Shown here: piece after piece, positions 1 through 10,052 of the stretch | Position numbering within the stretch: position 1 is the first letter of the stretch | Layout of the letters: every line of letters starts with the position of its first letter | Origin: an uncultured bacterium | GTDB taxonomy: Bacteria; Cyanobacteriota; Cyanobacteriia; Cyanobacteriales; JAABRE01 | Assembly: GCA_964413275.1 (NCBI GenBank) | Contig: CAYPSO010000008.1 | Coordinates: 4,565 to 68,564 of the forward strand | DNA: 64,000 nucleotides | Direction of reading: 5' to 3' | Made by a program: the position numbers and the translations under genes | Notes under the pieces: generated by a model | Databases searched by the model: none | Told to the model about the DNA's origin: nothing | The model's input: the letters and a program-made list of their open reading frames with translations, nothing else

Positions 1-1
1 A

Positions 2-424
2 AACTCTAAACAAAAAAAATGGACAATTATATTTATATCAATTATTTCCATAGGTCTTATTTCTGGTATCTTTAATCTTAAAAGTTCACCCAAATATCAA
101 AAAACTCGTAACTTAGATAATATTCCCATTACAAATATTATCAATCAAACAGAAAAACCATTAATTATATCTGAAACTAAAAATACTTTAGATTTAATTT
201 CCCTTAGTTATATCTTACAAAATAAAGTAAAAATCAAATTATTATCTTCGGATTTTAATCATGCTTTAAATCTTAATCAATTTGATAATATCTTTTTATT
301 CAATCCTTCTGATAATATGATAGAAAGTTTTAAAAGAAAACAAAAATATACTTTAGCAGAAGTTTATCAACCTTATGTATTAAGCCCAGATGAAATACAT
401 TTATCTCTTTGGCAAATTAATTAA
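2..424 (+). CDS. partial CDS, 3' end of a gene entering from the left edge; membrane-anchored protein of unknown function
   Basis: Frame 2 is open from nt 2 to TAA 422-424 (about 140 codons). It is absent from the ORF track because no start lies in the window. One hydrophobic helix WTIIFISIISIGLISGIF is followed by a soluble tail. Confidence 0.45.
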   Translation, partial: NSKQKKWTIIFISIISIGLISGIFNLKSSPKYQKTRNLDNIPITNIINQTEKPLIISETKNTLDLISLSYILQNKVKIKLLSSDFNHALNLNQFDNIFLFNPSDNMIESFKRKQKYTLAEVYQPYVLSPDEIHLSLWQIN

Positions 425-1651
425 ATTGTTATTTGTTATTTGTTCCTGCCAAATGTTTAGTAAATTTTGTACAGCATTATCCCAATTATATTTAATAACA
501 TATTCCCTAGCATTAGTTCCCATTTTTTCTCTTAAAGTAGAATTATTAATTAAAATTTCTACTTTTTTTAAAAAATCTTGTTCATCTCCTGCTATGAATA
601 AAAATCCATTCCAATTATCTTGAATACTATCAATTACTCCTCCTTTACACGGTGCAATTACTGGTATTCCAGATGCAAAAGCTTCTAAAATAGTTAAACC
701 TTTAGTTTCTTTTTCGGAAGTAGTTATATGGATGTCACAATTAGCTAAAAGTGCAGGAATATTTTCAGGAGAAACTCTACCTAATAAATGAAGATTAGGT
801 ATAATTTTTGCTAATTTATTTAAAATTTCCTCCTTCATTGGCCCATCACCAGCTACAATCACAGCTATATTCTCCAAATTAATTTTATCTGCAAATTTAT
901 AAAAAGCCTTAATAGTAAAATTCCAACCTTTATCAACTGTTAATCTTCCTAAAAAAATTAACTTAATTTTATTATCAATATTTTTTAATTTATATTTATG
1001 CTCAAAAAATTTATCCTCTCGAAGTTGTGGAGAAAATTTAGTTGTATCAACTCCTAATAAGTCAGATTTGCATAATTTTTTAATTCCTATATCAAGTAAT
1101 CTATTGTAAGTATTATCTCCAGAAACAAGAGTAATATCGTAAAAATTGTATAGCCACCTTAAGAATATTTTAAATAAAAATTGAACTATATTTTCTATGG
1201 GCTGAGGTAAAGGAAAATAATCTTTTCCATATTCTAAAAAGTTAGTATGAAAAAAACTAACGCAAGGAATATTATTTTGTTTGGCAAAATGTAGCCCCGG
1301 AATACGAAAAAGGCCTAAAAAAAGTCTTTCTGGCTCATCAACATGAATAATATCGGGCTTAAATTTTTCTAATTCTTCTAGCAGAATCTTATAGGATTTA
1401 TGACTAACATTACGCTCAAAATCAAAACCCATAAAAGCTTCACTATCAAGACTAACAACCCTTACTTTTGGTGAAATATAACCGATATAATCTTGATAAT
1501 TGGGATAAATTGTTTTTAAATCACTATAATCAGGACATAATAGTAATACTTCATGTCCATATTCACTTAATTTTTGTAGCCTATTATATAGGCTACAAGT
1601 AATACCATCAATTACAGGCAAAAAACCAGAGCTAATAATAGCAATTTTCAT
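401..1651 (-). CDS. GT-B fold glycosyltransferase, family 4-like
   Basis: 416 aa. N-terminal MKIAIISSGFLPVIDGI and C-terminal EKETKGLTILEAFASGIPVIAP (E-x7-E type region) are typical of GT4 enzymes. Confidence 0.8.
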   Translation of the reverse strand: MKIAIISSGFLPVIDGITCSLYNRLQKLSEYGHEVLLLCPDYSDLKTIYPNYQDYIGYISPKVRVVSLDSEAFMGFDFERNVSHKSYKILLEELEKFKPDIIHVDEPERLFLGLFRIPGLHFAKQNNIPCVSFFHTNFLEYGKDYFPLPQPIENIVQFLFKIFLRWLYNFYDITLVSGDNTYNRLLDIGIKKLCKSDLLGVDTTKFSPQLREDKFFEHKYKLKNIDNKIKLIFLGRLTVDKGWNFTIKAFYKFADKINLENIAVIVAGDGPMKEEILNKLAKIIPNLHLLGRVSPENIPALLANCDIHITTSEKETKGLTILEAFASGIPVIAPCKGGVIDSIQDNWNGFLFIAGDEQDFLKKVEILINNSTLREKMGTNAREYVIKYNWDNAVQNLLNIWQEQITNNNLINLPKR

Positions 1652-1705
1652 CTATAAAATTATGTAATAATTTATAATTTATGTAATAATTCATAATTTT
1701 ATAAA

Positions 1706-1978
1706 TTATGGACCACAAAAAACTGCTTCTTCTACATCTTGACGACTGAGAGAATATTTAAACGCTCTGGTAATATCTTTTCTTCCTTCTCCTGCGTTTA
1801 AATAGCGTACACTTAAACCTTCTACTTCTAAACTGATTTCCGCTTCCCAATTAGGTTTTTTAATATACCAACAGTGTAAATTATTTTTATCTTGTTCGCA
1901 GCCTAATTTAGTTAACCAAATTTCTATTTCCGGTAAAGGATGATTATACAAAGGAATATCTGAAGCAGGAAGCACCAT
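1706..1978 (-). CDS. small conserved cyanobacterial protein (DUF3143-like)
   Basis: ORF 1706..2005; the likely start is ATG at 1978 (MVLPASDIPLYNHPLPEIEIWL). The family call is from memory of this N-terminal motif. Confidence 0.45.
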   Translation of the reverse strand: MVLPASDIPLYNHPLPEIEIWLTKLGCEQDKNNLHCWYIKKPNWEAEISLEVEGLSVRYLNAGEGRKDITRAFKYSLSRQDVEEAVFCGP

Positions 1979-2038
1979 AATTAAAGATCGATTATAAAAT
2001 AACAATTACTCAGTTATTTTAACTGATTTTCACTTATC

Positions 2039-2509
2039 TTATAATGGTTCACCTTTGATAATAGAAATAATCGCAACTAAAATTATACAACCAAAAAAAC
2101 TAACACCCATAAGCACTAGAGCAAAAATTTCACCTCCAGATAAGGGGCGATCGCTCGGATCAAGATAAGCTGAGTTAGACTGATATGTATATGGGGATTT
2201 GTGCAGATCTAAATGGGATTGAATGACATTAATTCGAGAATAACCTATTTTTTGGTCATAAAGCGATCGCTTTTCAGGATTACTCAATGTACCATAAGCT
2301 TCATTAAGCTGTTGAAATTTTCTTGTCGCTTCTTTTGAATCTAATTCTGTTGTATCGGGATGATAGAGTTTGCTTAATTCTCGATAGGTGCGCCTAATTT
2401 CTATTACTGAGGCAGAGGGATGTAACCCTAAAACACCGTAATAACTATTAGCTAACCTAGTTGCTACGGAATTTTGTTTTTGTTGCGTTTTTGTTTCTTG
2501 GGAGTACAT
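2039..2509 (-). CDS. J-domain (DnaJ-like) protein with C-terminal membrane anchor
   Basis: HPD motif in [12 protein letters not shown]; terminal hydrophobic helix [24 protein letters not shown]. Confidence 0.85.
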   Translation of the reverse strand: MYSQETKTQQKQNSVATRLANSYYGVLGLHPSASVIEIRRTYRELSKLYHPDTTELDSKEATRKFQQLNEAYGTLSNPEKRSLYDQKIGYSRINVIQSHLDLHKSPYTYQSNSAYLDPSDRPLSGGEIFALVLMGVSFFGCIILVAIISIIKGEPL

Positions 2510-2520
2510 CTTCTTAGGGA

Positions 2521-2545
2521 TTAGCGGTTAGCCGTTAGCCGTTAA
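2521..2545. repeat. heptanucleotide tandem array (TTAGCGG TTAGCCG TTAGCCG TTAAC)
   Basis: Direct reading; lies 11 nt upstream of the J-domain gene start. Confidence 0.8.
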
Positions 2546-2735
2546 CTTTTGTTTCTAAGCTATACTTTAACTACTATAATTATAGTAATTATAAAATACA
2601 ATAAGCTAATAGGCATTTAAACCAGATATTTTAAAATTAGGAAACAAACCATCAATCCCTTACCTATTGCCTGATCTCAATAGGTAACTTAAATGCGTGA
2701 CAGCTTACTTAAAAGTTAAACAATTTCCGTTTTAT

Positions 2736-3299
2736 TTAGTCCGATAGCCAACCAAATAATTGCCCTAAAGTTAATTGAAAAGCTTTAGCAAAATCAGGTA
2801 CAGGTAAAATGTCGGTTGGTGTATCAATAAAGGCTGGTTGTTGCTTAGGAAAATAAACTAATACAGACTTTTCTTGAGGATCGATTAACCATCCTAATTG
2901 TGTGCCATGATCTAAACAATGGAGAATATTTTTCGTAACTCTACTATAGCTTTGTTCGGGAGATAAAATTTCAATCGTCCAATCGGGGGCAACTTGAAAT
3001 GAATCTGCTATTTCACCATTATCGTCACGGGGAATTTTTTCCCAAGTAAATACAGTTATATCAGGAATAATAGAACGTTCACCAAAAGTACATCTTAATT
3101 CAGAAAAGGCACGAGCCGTTTTATTAGATTTAAGAACAACATTAATAGCAGTAGATAATTCAGTTTGAATTGTACTATGTTTTCCTTTTGGCATAGGTTT
3201 TTGGATAACTTTTCCGTCAATATATTCCTGGGCAGGTTTGGTTTCTGATAATGCTAAAAACTCTTTTAGCGTAATTAATTTAGATAAAGCTATAACCAT
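2736..3299 (-). CDS. Uma2 family (DUF820) PD-(D/E)xK endonuclease-like protein
   Basis: 187 aa. Motif series EYIDGKV..KPMPKGKHS..IQ, PDITVF, PDWTIEILSP, LGWLIDP. Clearly homologous to 39563..40120. Confidence 0.8.
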   Translation of the reverse strand: MVIALSKLITLKEFLALSETKPAQEYIDGKVIQKPMPKGKHSTIQTELSTAINVVLKSNKTARAFSELRCTFGERSIIPDITVFTWEKIPRDDNGEIADSFQVAPDWTIEILSPEQSYSRVTKNILHCLDHGTQLGWLIDPQEKSVLVYFPKQQPAFIDTPTDILPVPDFAKAFQLTLGQLFGWLSD

Positions 3300-3446
3300 T
3301 TTTTTGTTTGTAATTAAATGTAATAGTTACTTAAATCCTATTATATCTATTAACAGAATAAATAGTTTAATTAGAAAGAATTAAACACAATTAGCTATCA
3401 ACTTTTTGTTAAAATTTTACATTGATAGCTGATAGTTTAAAGATGA

Positions 3447-4520
3447 TTATTTACCTTTTTGACTATTTTTAGCTTGCTCTAAGGCAATTTCTTTCATGGC
3501 TTCATAGGATGTGCGATTAGAAGTACCTTCAATGGCTTTAACTGCTAAGTCTTGTACTTGTTTTAATGCTGCTTCTAGTTGTTTAGATAACTTATCAATT
3601 CTTTCCTGACTATTACTAATATTATCTTCTAAGGTTTTAATTCTTAATTGATAATTTCTTCTTTCTCCTTCTATTTCTTTATTGCGCAAGTCTGCTTTGA
3701 CTTTTACCTGATAGTTACCTATTCCTTTTCCTTCACCTTCTCCCTGTTTAATTTTAGCTTTTAATTGTTCTTCAAAATCAGCAACTTTTTGCTTGGCTTC
3801 TGCATATTCTTGCTCTTGTTTACCAATAGTTTCCTCTTTTTCTTGCCATTGTTTTTCTTGTTGTTCTTTTATTTCTGCTAATTCTTTATATAAATTTTGC
3901 TTTTGTTGTTCAAATTGCTCCTGAGTTAATTGTCTTTCTTGTTGTAAATTATATTGATACTCTTGCTCATTTCTAACTCTGGTTTTTTTATGATTTTCAT
4001 TTCTTTCTTGGATTTGTCGGTTATGATTTTCTTTTTGTTTATGCCAATCATAATTTAATTGTTTAATTTCTTGTTGTAAATTTTCCTGTCGTTGATTAAA
4101 TTCTTCATGAAATTGTTTAGAATTTTCTTGATATTCTGCAATCAAATCATCTAAACTTGTATCTGTAATTTCTTCTATGTCATGTAATTCTTGTAATTCT
4201 TGAATTTCTAAAACTAATTCAGATTTTATTTGTTCTAATTTAGTAGCTTCAGCAATTAATTTTTCTGATAAATTACTAACGGAATTACCAAAACCTAGTT
4301 TCAGGGTATCTAAATTTTTAATTGTTTCTTTTATCCCTGATTCTACTAACATATTTGCTGGATTATTTTTCTTTGTTTCTGTGACTATATTCATAGAAGT
4401 ATCAGAAGTTTTTGGATTTTTGGTTACTTGTTTAAGTTGTGCGGCTATTTCGGCTTTTTCTTTTTCTAATTGACGATAAGCTTCTAAAATTTCTGCTTTG
4501 GTATTTTTAGTATTAACCAT
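3447..4520 (-). CDS. coiled-coil protein of unknown function (paralog of 4537..5523)
   Basis: 357 aa, E/K/Q-rich with heptad character. Shares blocks with its neighbour (LDTLKLGFGNSVSNLSEKL vs LATLQLDFGNVIKELAEKL; EQEYQYN vs EEIDYQYE). Confidence 0.6.
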   Translation of the reverse strand: MVNTKNTKAEILEAYRQLEKEKAEIAAQLKQVTKNPKTSDTSMNIVTETKKNNPANMLVESGIKETIKNLDTLKLGFGNSVSNLSEKLIAEATKLEQIKSELVLEIQELQELHDIEEITDTSLDDLIAEYQENSKQFHEEFNQRQENLQQEIKQLNYDWHKQKENHNRQIQERNENHKKTRVRNEQEYQYNLQQERQLTQEQFEQQKQNLYKELAEIKEQQEKQWQEKEETIGKQEQEYAEAKQKVADFEEQLKAKIKQGEGEGKGIGNYQVKVKADLRNKEIEGERRNYQLRIKTLEDNISNSQERIDKLSKQLEAALKQVQDLAVKAIEGTSNRTSYEAMKEIALEQAKNSQKGK

Positions 4521-4536
4521 TATTTATTCATCCTTT

Positions 4537-5523
4537 TTATTTAGTTGCTGTTGTACTTTGAAATGCTCTTAAGGCTAAATTCTGTGACTGATTTGTGGCT
4601 GTTTGTAACTGCTCCATAATTTCAGTGATTTGTTGAGTTTGTTTTTCGATTTTAGCTTCTAAAGATAGTAGTTGTAATTCATATCCTTGTTTTTCTGCTT
4701 CCCATTCTTTCTCAATCAAATCTGTTGCTACTTTACCTTGTTTTTCTGCTTCTTTAATTGCTTCTCCTTTAGCTTTATTATATTCTTCTTTAAGTTTATC
4801 TTCAAAACCTGCTATCTTTTTCTGATTTTCTGTAAATAGTTTCTGTTGCTCTGCTAATATTTTTTCTCTCTCACCCCATCCTTTTTCTTTCTCTTGATTA
4901 ATTATCATTAATTCTCGATCTTGTTTTCTTTTTTTATCTTCATATTCATCCATTTCTAATTTACGTTTTCTTTCGCTTTCATACTGATAATCTATTTCTT
5001 CTTGTTGTCTGAATTTAAGAGTTGATTCTGCCTCTTCCGTTACCATGACAGTAAATTCTTGTAACTCTTTTTCCCAAAGTTTTTGGGTTGTAGATATTTC
5101 TTTTTCTAAAATCTCTTTTTGATTATTAATCTGATGTTCTAATAATTTTAATTTTTCCTGATGTTCTTGAGTTAAAATGTGCAAGTTATCAGCGACTAAA
5201 CGTATTTTTTTGATTTCCTTCAGATTTTCGGTTTCAACAGTGTAAGCTTTTTGTAATTCTTCTAGCTTGCTTGACTCTGTGGTTAACTTTTCTGCTAACT
5301 CTTTAATAACATTACCAAAATCTAATTGTAGGGTCGCTAAACCATTGATTATATTATCTACAGTATAGGAGGCCACTGTTTGTAACAATTCTTTATTTTT
5401 CTCTTTTTCAGCTTGTTCCTCTTTAGTTGCGATTTTTAAATCTTTTTGATTAATTTCAGACATTAATTTGACAAAATCTGCTACTATTCTCTCTTTAGAA
5501 TCTATTTTCATGGGCTGGTTCAT
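4537..5523 (-). CDS. coiled-coil protein of unknown function (paralog of 3447..4520)
   Basis: 328 aa with the same block order as the downstream paralog; 16-nt spacer between the two genes. Confidence 0.6.
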   Translation of the reverse strand: MNQPMKIDSKERIVADFVKLMSEINQKDLKIATKEEQAEKEKNKELLQTVASYTVDNIINGLATLQLDFGNVIKELAEKLTTESSKLEELQKAYTVETENLKEIKKIRLVADNLHILTQEHQEKLKLLEHQINNQKEILEKEISTTQKLWEKELQEFTVMVTEEAESTLKFRQQEEIDYQYESERKRKLEMDEYEDKKRKQDRELMIINQEKEKGWGEREKILAEQQKLFTENQKKIAGFEDKLKEEYNKAKGEAIKEAEKQGKVATDLIEKEWEAEKQGYELQLLSLEAKIEKQTQQITEIMEQLQTATNQSQNLALRAFQSTTATK

Positions 5524-5641
5524 TTTTATTGACCTTGATTTAATAAGCTTAATGACTATTTTATCAAGTTTATGTTAACACCATCTTGAATGATGTATCA
5601 AAACATTGTAAAATTTCTTCAAAATAATGAGGATTTAAAAA

Positions 5642-5974
5642 ATGATAGAAGATTTTGGTAGTGTTATTCGACAAGCGAGAAAAGACAAAAGTTATAGTCA
5701 AAGAGTGTTAGCAAAACTAATTGGCATGGATTTTACCTATTTATCCAAATTAGAAAATAATCGGGCTGATTATCCCCCTAAAGAAGATGTAATTCGCTCT
5801 ATTGCTAAGGAGTTGGAATTGGATCAAGAAGAATTGATTTATTTAGCAGGTCGTATTCCTAAAAAAGAAACGGCATTACTCAAAGAACATTATAAAACCA
5901 TGCCTGCATTATTCAGAAGAATTCGGGAAAACCCAGAGTTTGCTGAAAAAATGTTTCAACAACTAGATAAATAA
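5642..5974 (+). CDS. XRE-family helix-turn-helix transcriptional regulator
   Basis: 110 aa. HTH SYSQRVLAKLIGMDFTYLSKLENNR. Divergent from the coiled-coil pair. Confidence 0.8.
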   Translation: MIEDFGSVIRQARKDKSYSQRVLAKLIGMDFTYLSKLENNRADYPPKEDVIRSIAKELELDQEELIYLAGRIPKKETALLKEHYKTMPALFRRIRENPEFAEKMFQQLDK

Positions 5975-6151
5975 ACAAAAAGTTACAAAATATTAAGAAT
6001 TGAAATTTTGTTGGTCGAATTTCGACAACTTATCGTTAATAATCCCACGCTTTAATAAAATTACCATAATGCCTTGATAGTTTTGGAACAAGTGTGGGAT
6101 TCCTACTGTTTGAAGTTTCCCAGATTAAATTTATTGATAATTGTCGATCGC

Positions 6152-6185
6152 AAAAAACACCAGATTTGTAAAAATAAATCTGGTG
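6152..6185 (-). terminator. rho-independent terminator of chlP
   Basis: Stem CACCAGATTT/AAATCTGGTG (6158-6167 / 6176-6185). The plus-strand A6 at 6152-6157 gives a U-run after the hairpin on the minus transcript. Confidence 0.6.
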
Positions 6186-6231
6186 TTAAAAATATGTTTT
6201 ATTTAATTAAATGGTTGATATTAAAAATATT

Positions 6232-7455
6232 TTAAGGTGCTAAAGCATTACCTCTAAGTAAACTGCCGATAGTTTTAGCTGTAATTTTTAGCTGTACTAA
6301 AGGATTAGCCGGTACTACTGTTTTATACAGATAACTGTCAAAGGTCAGTTTTTGTACATCTACATCAGCACACATTTCTACAAACGCTTCTCTAGTTGCG
6401 TCAGAACGGTAAAATACTGATTGAAGTATGTCTAATACCTTATAAGTTAAACCATATTTCTTATCCCAACGTTGCAGATATACTTTTAACTCGCTTTCGG
6501 TGGGGATACGTTGTCCATTATTGGAAATTTCAACAATGGTTTCAGCACACATCCTACCGGATTTAGCAGCAAAATAGATTCCCTCTCCACTGGATTTTGT
6601 GACATATCCAGCAGCATCTCCCACTAAAGCAACTCTACCAACTACACGACGAGGACGAGGATGTTCGGGGATAGGATGGGCTTCTACTTTAATGATTTCA
6701 CCGCCTTCTAAGCGTTTTGCTGCCCTAGCACGAATACCAGCTTGTAACTGTTTGATAATGGCTTTATTTACTTTCATCGTGCCAGTACCAACCGCTACGT
6801 GATCGTATTTAGGGAATACCCACGCATAAAAGTCAGGGGAAACATCATTTCCCACATACATTTCTGCTAAATCGTGGTAGTAAGCCATTTTATCTTCAGG
6901 CAATCTAATTCTTTCTTGAAAGGCGATCGCATAATTATAATCACCAGCATCAATAGCTTTAGCTACTCTAGAGTTAGCTCCGTCTGCACCAATTACCATG
7001 TCAACTTTCAGGGTTTTCATTTCCCCTTTAGTGTCACCATTAGAATGATCGGCATAGTGGAGGGTGTATGCTTCTGTGCTATTAGTGGGTATATCTAATT
7101 GATACATTGTACCGTTAATTAGATTTGCTCCGCATTTAGCTGCTCGATTGCGCAAAAATCCATCCAATACTTCCCGACGACACATACCGATGTACTCGTC
7201 TTCTTTTAAAGTCTCACCAATATTAACTTCAATATTAGAAGGGGAAATCATCTTCATTTTACGCACTTGGCGATCGATAATTTCGGGAGGTAAGTCAAAC
7301 TCGTTTACCATGCAGAGGGGAATAGCACCACCACAAGGTTTGGCGTTATCCAGTTTACGCTCGAATAAATAAGTTTCAATTCCCGCTTTTGCTAATACTT
7401 CTGCGGTAGATGAACCAGCAGGCCCAGATCCAACAACAGCTACCCTTAATACCAA
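6232..7455 (-). CDS. chlP: geranylgeranyl diphosphate/geranylgeranyl-chlorophyll reductase
   Basis: 407 aa. FAD-binding N-terminus VAVVGSGPAGSSTAE. Full-length resemblance to cyanobacterial ChlP (LRVAVVG...CGGAIPLCMV...GDAAGYVTKSSGEGIYFAAKSG). Confidence 0.9.
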   Translation of the reverse strand: MVLRVAVVGSGPAGSSTAEVLAKAGIETYLFERKLDNAKPCGGAIPLCMVNEFDLPPEIIDRQVRKMKMISPSNIEVNIGETLKEDEYIGMCRREVLDGFLRNRAAKCGANLINGTMYQLDIPTNSTEAYTLHYADHSNGDTKGEMKTLKVDMVIGADGANSRVAKAIDAGDYNYAIAFQERIRLPEDKMAYYHDLAEMYVGNDVSPDFYAWVFPKYDHVAVGTGTMKVNKAIIKQLQAGIRARAAKRLEGGEIIKVEAHPIPEHPRPRRVVGRVALVGDAAGYVTKSSGEGIYFAAKSGRMCAETIVEISNNGQRIPTESELKVYLQRWDKKYGLTYKVLDILQSVFYRSDATREAFVEMCADVDVQKLTFDSYLYKTVVPANPLVQLKITAKTIGSLLRGNALAP

Positions 7456-7704
7456 GGCTCTTCTCCTATAATCTCTCTCTGACTACGGATCATAAGGTAA
7501 CATGGACTATGCTTTTATAGCTACTGTTTAGTCTGTTATTGCCCTTTTTTGAAACACAGCTTAACATTTTTGTTACATAAGTTAATACAAATTGTTTCAC
7601 TAAACTTAAATTACTTGACTAAATTACTAAATGGTTATATGATTATAGTTAAGAAATGTAAACTTCCCCCTGCTAAAAAACTAAAAGCAAAAGAGGCATT
7701 ATAG

Positions 7705-8118
7705 ATGAATCACTTTAGTAAAATTTTAGACACATCTTTTGAAGAAGCAATCTCTCAGGTAACTAACGCCCTTAAAGAACAAGGGATGGGAGTTCTCACA
7801 GAAATTGATGTCCAAGCAACCTTAAAGAAAAAAATAGATGTTAATTTTCGTAAGTATAAAATTCTTGGTGCTTGTCACCCAGTGATTGCTTACCAAATGC
7901 TACAAACTGACGATAAAGCAGGAGTTTTTTACCCTTGTAATGTAGTTGTACAAGAACATGAGGATGGCAGAGTTGAGGTATCAGCAGTCGATCCTTTAAT
8001 GATGTTTTTGACTATACACAGTCCTAAAGCTAAAGAAATTGCTCTTGATGCCAGTCAAAAAATGCAAGCAGTAATGGAACGTTTGGGTAAACCTGAGTTA
8101 GTGACTTTGGCTAGTTAG
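7705..8118 (+). CDS. DUF302 domain protein
   Basis: 137 aa; GMGVLTEIDVQATLKKKIDVNFRKYKILGACHP...FYPCNVVV pattern. Confidence 0.75.
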   Translation: MNHFSKILDTSFEEAISQVTNALKEQGMGVLTEIDVQATLKKKIDVNFRKYKILGACHPVIAYQMLQTDDKAGVFYPCNVVVQEHEDGRVEVSAVDPLMMFLTIHSPKAKEIALDASQKMQAVMERLGKPELVTLAS

Positions 8119-8208
8119 AGATTAGAGCCAAGTGTTACTAAACTTGTGGAAGAAGTTTATTTATTGAGTAAAAACGTTTAATTTATTAATTTTAAGGAGA
8201 AAATAGCC

Positions 8209-8424
8209 ATGTTTAATAATGTAGGTACAATTGACCGCCTAATTCGTTTAATTTTAGCCGTAGGATTAGCTTATTTCGGTTTAGTAGTTTATAGCGGTTC
8301 TACTTTAGGAATTGTGTTAACCATTGTTGCTGCTGTTTCTGCCCTGACTGCTTTAGCTGGTTCTTGTATGCTTTATGGTTTACTCGGTATCAATACTCGT
8401 AAAGAAAATCCCCAACAAAACTAA
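8209..8424 (+). CDS. DUF2892 (YgaP-like) small membrane protein
   Basis: 71 aa; N-terminal NVGTIDRLIRLILAVGL and two hydrophobic helices. Confidence 0.7.
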   Translation: MFNNVGTIDRLIRLILAVGLAYFGLVVYSGSTLGIVLTIVAAVSALTALAGSCMLYGLLGINTRKENPQQN

Positions 8425-8427
8425 ATA

Positions 8428-8462
8428 AGCTAATAGCTAACAGCTAACAGCTATTAGCTACT
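8428..8462. repeat. heptanucleotide tandem array (AGCTAAT AGCTAAC AGCTAAC AGCTATT AGCTACT)
   Basis: Five in-phase units starting 4 nt after the stop at 8422-8424. Confidence 0.85.
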
Positions 8463-8498
8463 TGTTAAATCTAATAAGAAATATGGAGGTATAAACCA

Positions 8499-9032
8499 AT
8501 GGACGAGAGTTTTCCCTTAGAAAGCCCATCCATGTCACGCAGACAGTTACTAAATTTTCTCACTGGTGCTGTTGTTGCCGCTACTGCTGGTGCAGCCCTT
8601 TATCCTACCAGTAAATTTTTCATGCCGCCTTCAGAAGTTGGTGAAGATGGCTCGATACTTGCAAAGGATATTAAGGGAAATCTAATTCCTGCCAGTCAAA
8701 TTTTAGCAGAATCCCCCGGAACTAGGGCTTTAGTTGCAGGACTAGCCGGAGAACCCACTTATCTTACTCTTAGAGAAGATGGAACATTACATCCTTGGGG
8801 AATTACCGATAACTGCACCCATTTAGGCTGTACGTTTCCTTGGAATGCTAACGATAATCAATTTCAATGTCCCTGTCACGGTTCTCGTTACGATGCTGAA
8901 GGGAGGGTATTACGAGGCCCTGCACCGCTTCCTTTGCGACTTGCCCATGTAAAAGTTGAGGGTAACAATATTCGGATTTCTCCTTGGACAGAAACCGATC
9001 CCCGTACAGGCGAAAACCCTTGGTGGGTTTAA
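8499..9032 (+). CDS. petC: cytochrome b6f Rieske iron-sulfur protein paralog (PetC2-like; not next to petA)
   Basis: 177 aa. Tat-like [11 protein letters not shown], cluster boxes CTHLGC and CPCHGS, C-terminal [14 protein letters not shown]. Confidence 0.85.
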   Translation: MDESFPLESPSMSRRQLLNFLTGAVVAATAGAALYPTSKFFMPPSEVGEDGSILAKDIKGNLIPASQILAESPGTRALVAGLAGEPTYLTLREDGTLHPWGITDNCTHLGCTFPWNANDNQFQCPCHGSRYDAEGRVLRGPAPLPLRLAHVKVEGNNIRISPWTETDPRTGENPWWV

Positions 9033-9494
9033 TAATCTCAAAATCTAAAAGACTAAAGGGTAAATTAAGAGTGGGATTAGTTATTAATTCTGAAAAAATC
9101 CTAAGCTGTAACGCTCTCATGCTTATTTAGAGAGATATAATATTAGTGTGGCGATCTGTTTGCGATCTTCGATCGCATAATCTCTAAACAACCCTTAAGC
9201 AATTAAACACAACATTCCATCGAAGTTCCATTTTTTAGTAAGGTACTTTGTAATTTAGCAGTTTTAGAAAGGGTCAAACAAACCCTTAACGGGAATGGAA
9301 ACTCCACCAAAGTTTACTATCAACAAATAAGTCTTTAAGTTTTTTAAGAGAAAGTTTAGTTTATTTTCTCAATGCTTCTAAGTCTGGTGAAATCAAAATA
9401 AATACAGACTATCGGGAGATTCAATTCACTGCCGAAACTTTTCCACCGCAGTGTAAGTATTTTTAACACGAATAGTTAGATAGGAGTGTCTATT

Positions 9495-10052
9495 ATGACT
9501 ACTTTAATTCAACGTCGTTCCGAACTCGATTTTTTGCAAATCTGGGAAAGGTTTTCCCAATGGATTACCAGTACAGAAAATCGCATTTATCTCGGCTGGT
9601 TTAGCGTGCTGATGATTCCTAGTTTGTTGGTTGCTGCCACCGTTTTTGCGATTGCCTTTATTGCTGCTCCTCCTGTGGATATTGACGGTATCCGAGAACC
9701 AGTAATTGGCTCGCTTTTAGGTGGCAACAACATTGCTACCGCAGCAGTTATTCCTACTTCTGCGGCCATCGGTTTACATTTTTATCCATTATGGTCAGCT
9801 AGTTCTGTAGATGAGTGGCTTTATAATGGAGGCCCTTACCAACTGATAATACTTCATTTCCTCATCGGTGTTTGGGCTTATTTAGGCAGACTTTGGGAAT
9901 TAAGCTATCGCTTAGGAATGCGTCCTTGGATTGCCTTGGCTTTTTCTGCACCTGCTGCTGCCGTAACATCTGTTTTACTGGTTTATCCCATTGGCCAAGG
10001 TAGCTTTTCCGAAGGAATGCCCTTGGGTATTTCTGGGACTTTTCACTTGTAG
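9495..10052 (+). pseudogene. psbA: truncated divergent psbA (D1-prime-like), N-terminal half only
   Basis: MTTLIQRR...[20 protein letters not shown] then HL-stop. A normal D1 is about 360 aa. The stop TAG 10050-10052 lies inside a repeat element. Ala at position 80, Leu at 158 and Glu at 170 by alignment to canonical D1, anchored on Tyr161. Confidence 0.8.

Noticed and set aside
401-447. 24-nt convergent overlap of the left-edge CDS and the GT4 gene, with the GT4 tail (ITNNNLINLPKR) encoded by TTGTTAT heptamers
   Set aside because: This is probably a fortuitous C-terminal extension through a heptamer repeat rather than a functional overlap. It is covered by the general heptamer finding.
390-623. 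77-aa plus-strand ORF overlapping the GT4 gene
   Set aside because: It is antisense to a well-supported glycosyltransferase. The true plus-strand coding frame ends at 424 in a different frame.
6599-7372. Three plus-strand ORFs (6599..6802, 6874..7098, 7148..7372) inside chlP
   Set aside because: They are antisense to a full-length, strongly recognisable ChlP, and their products are low-complexity with no motifs. They are shadow ORFs.
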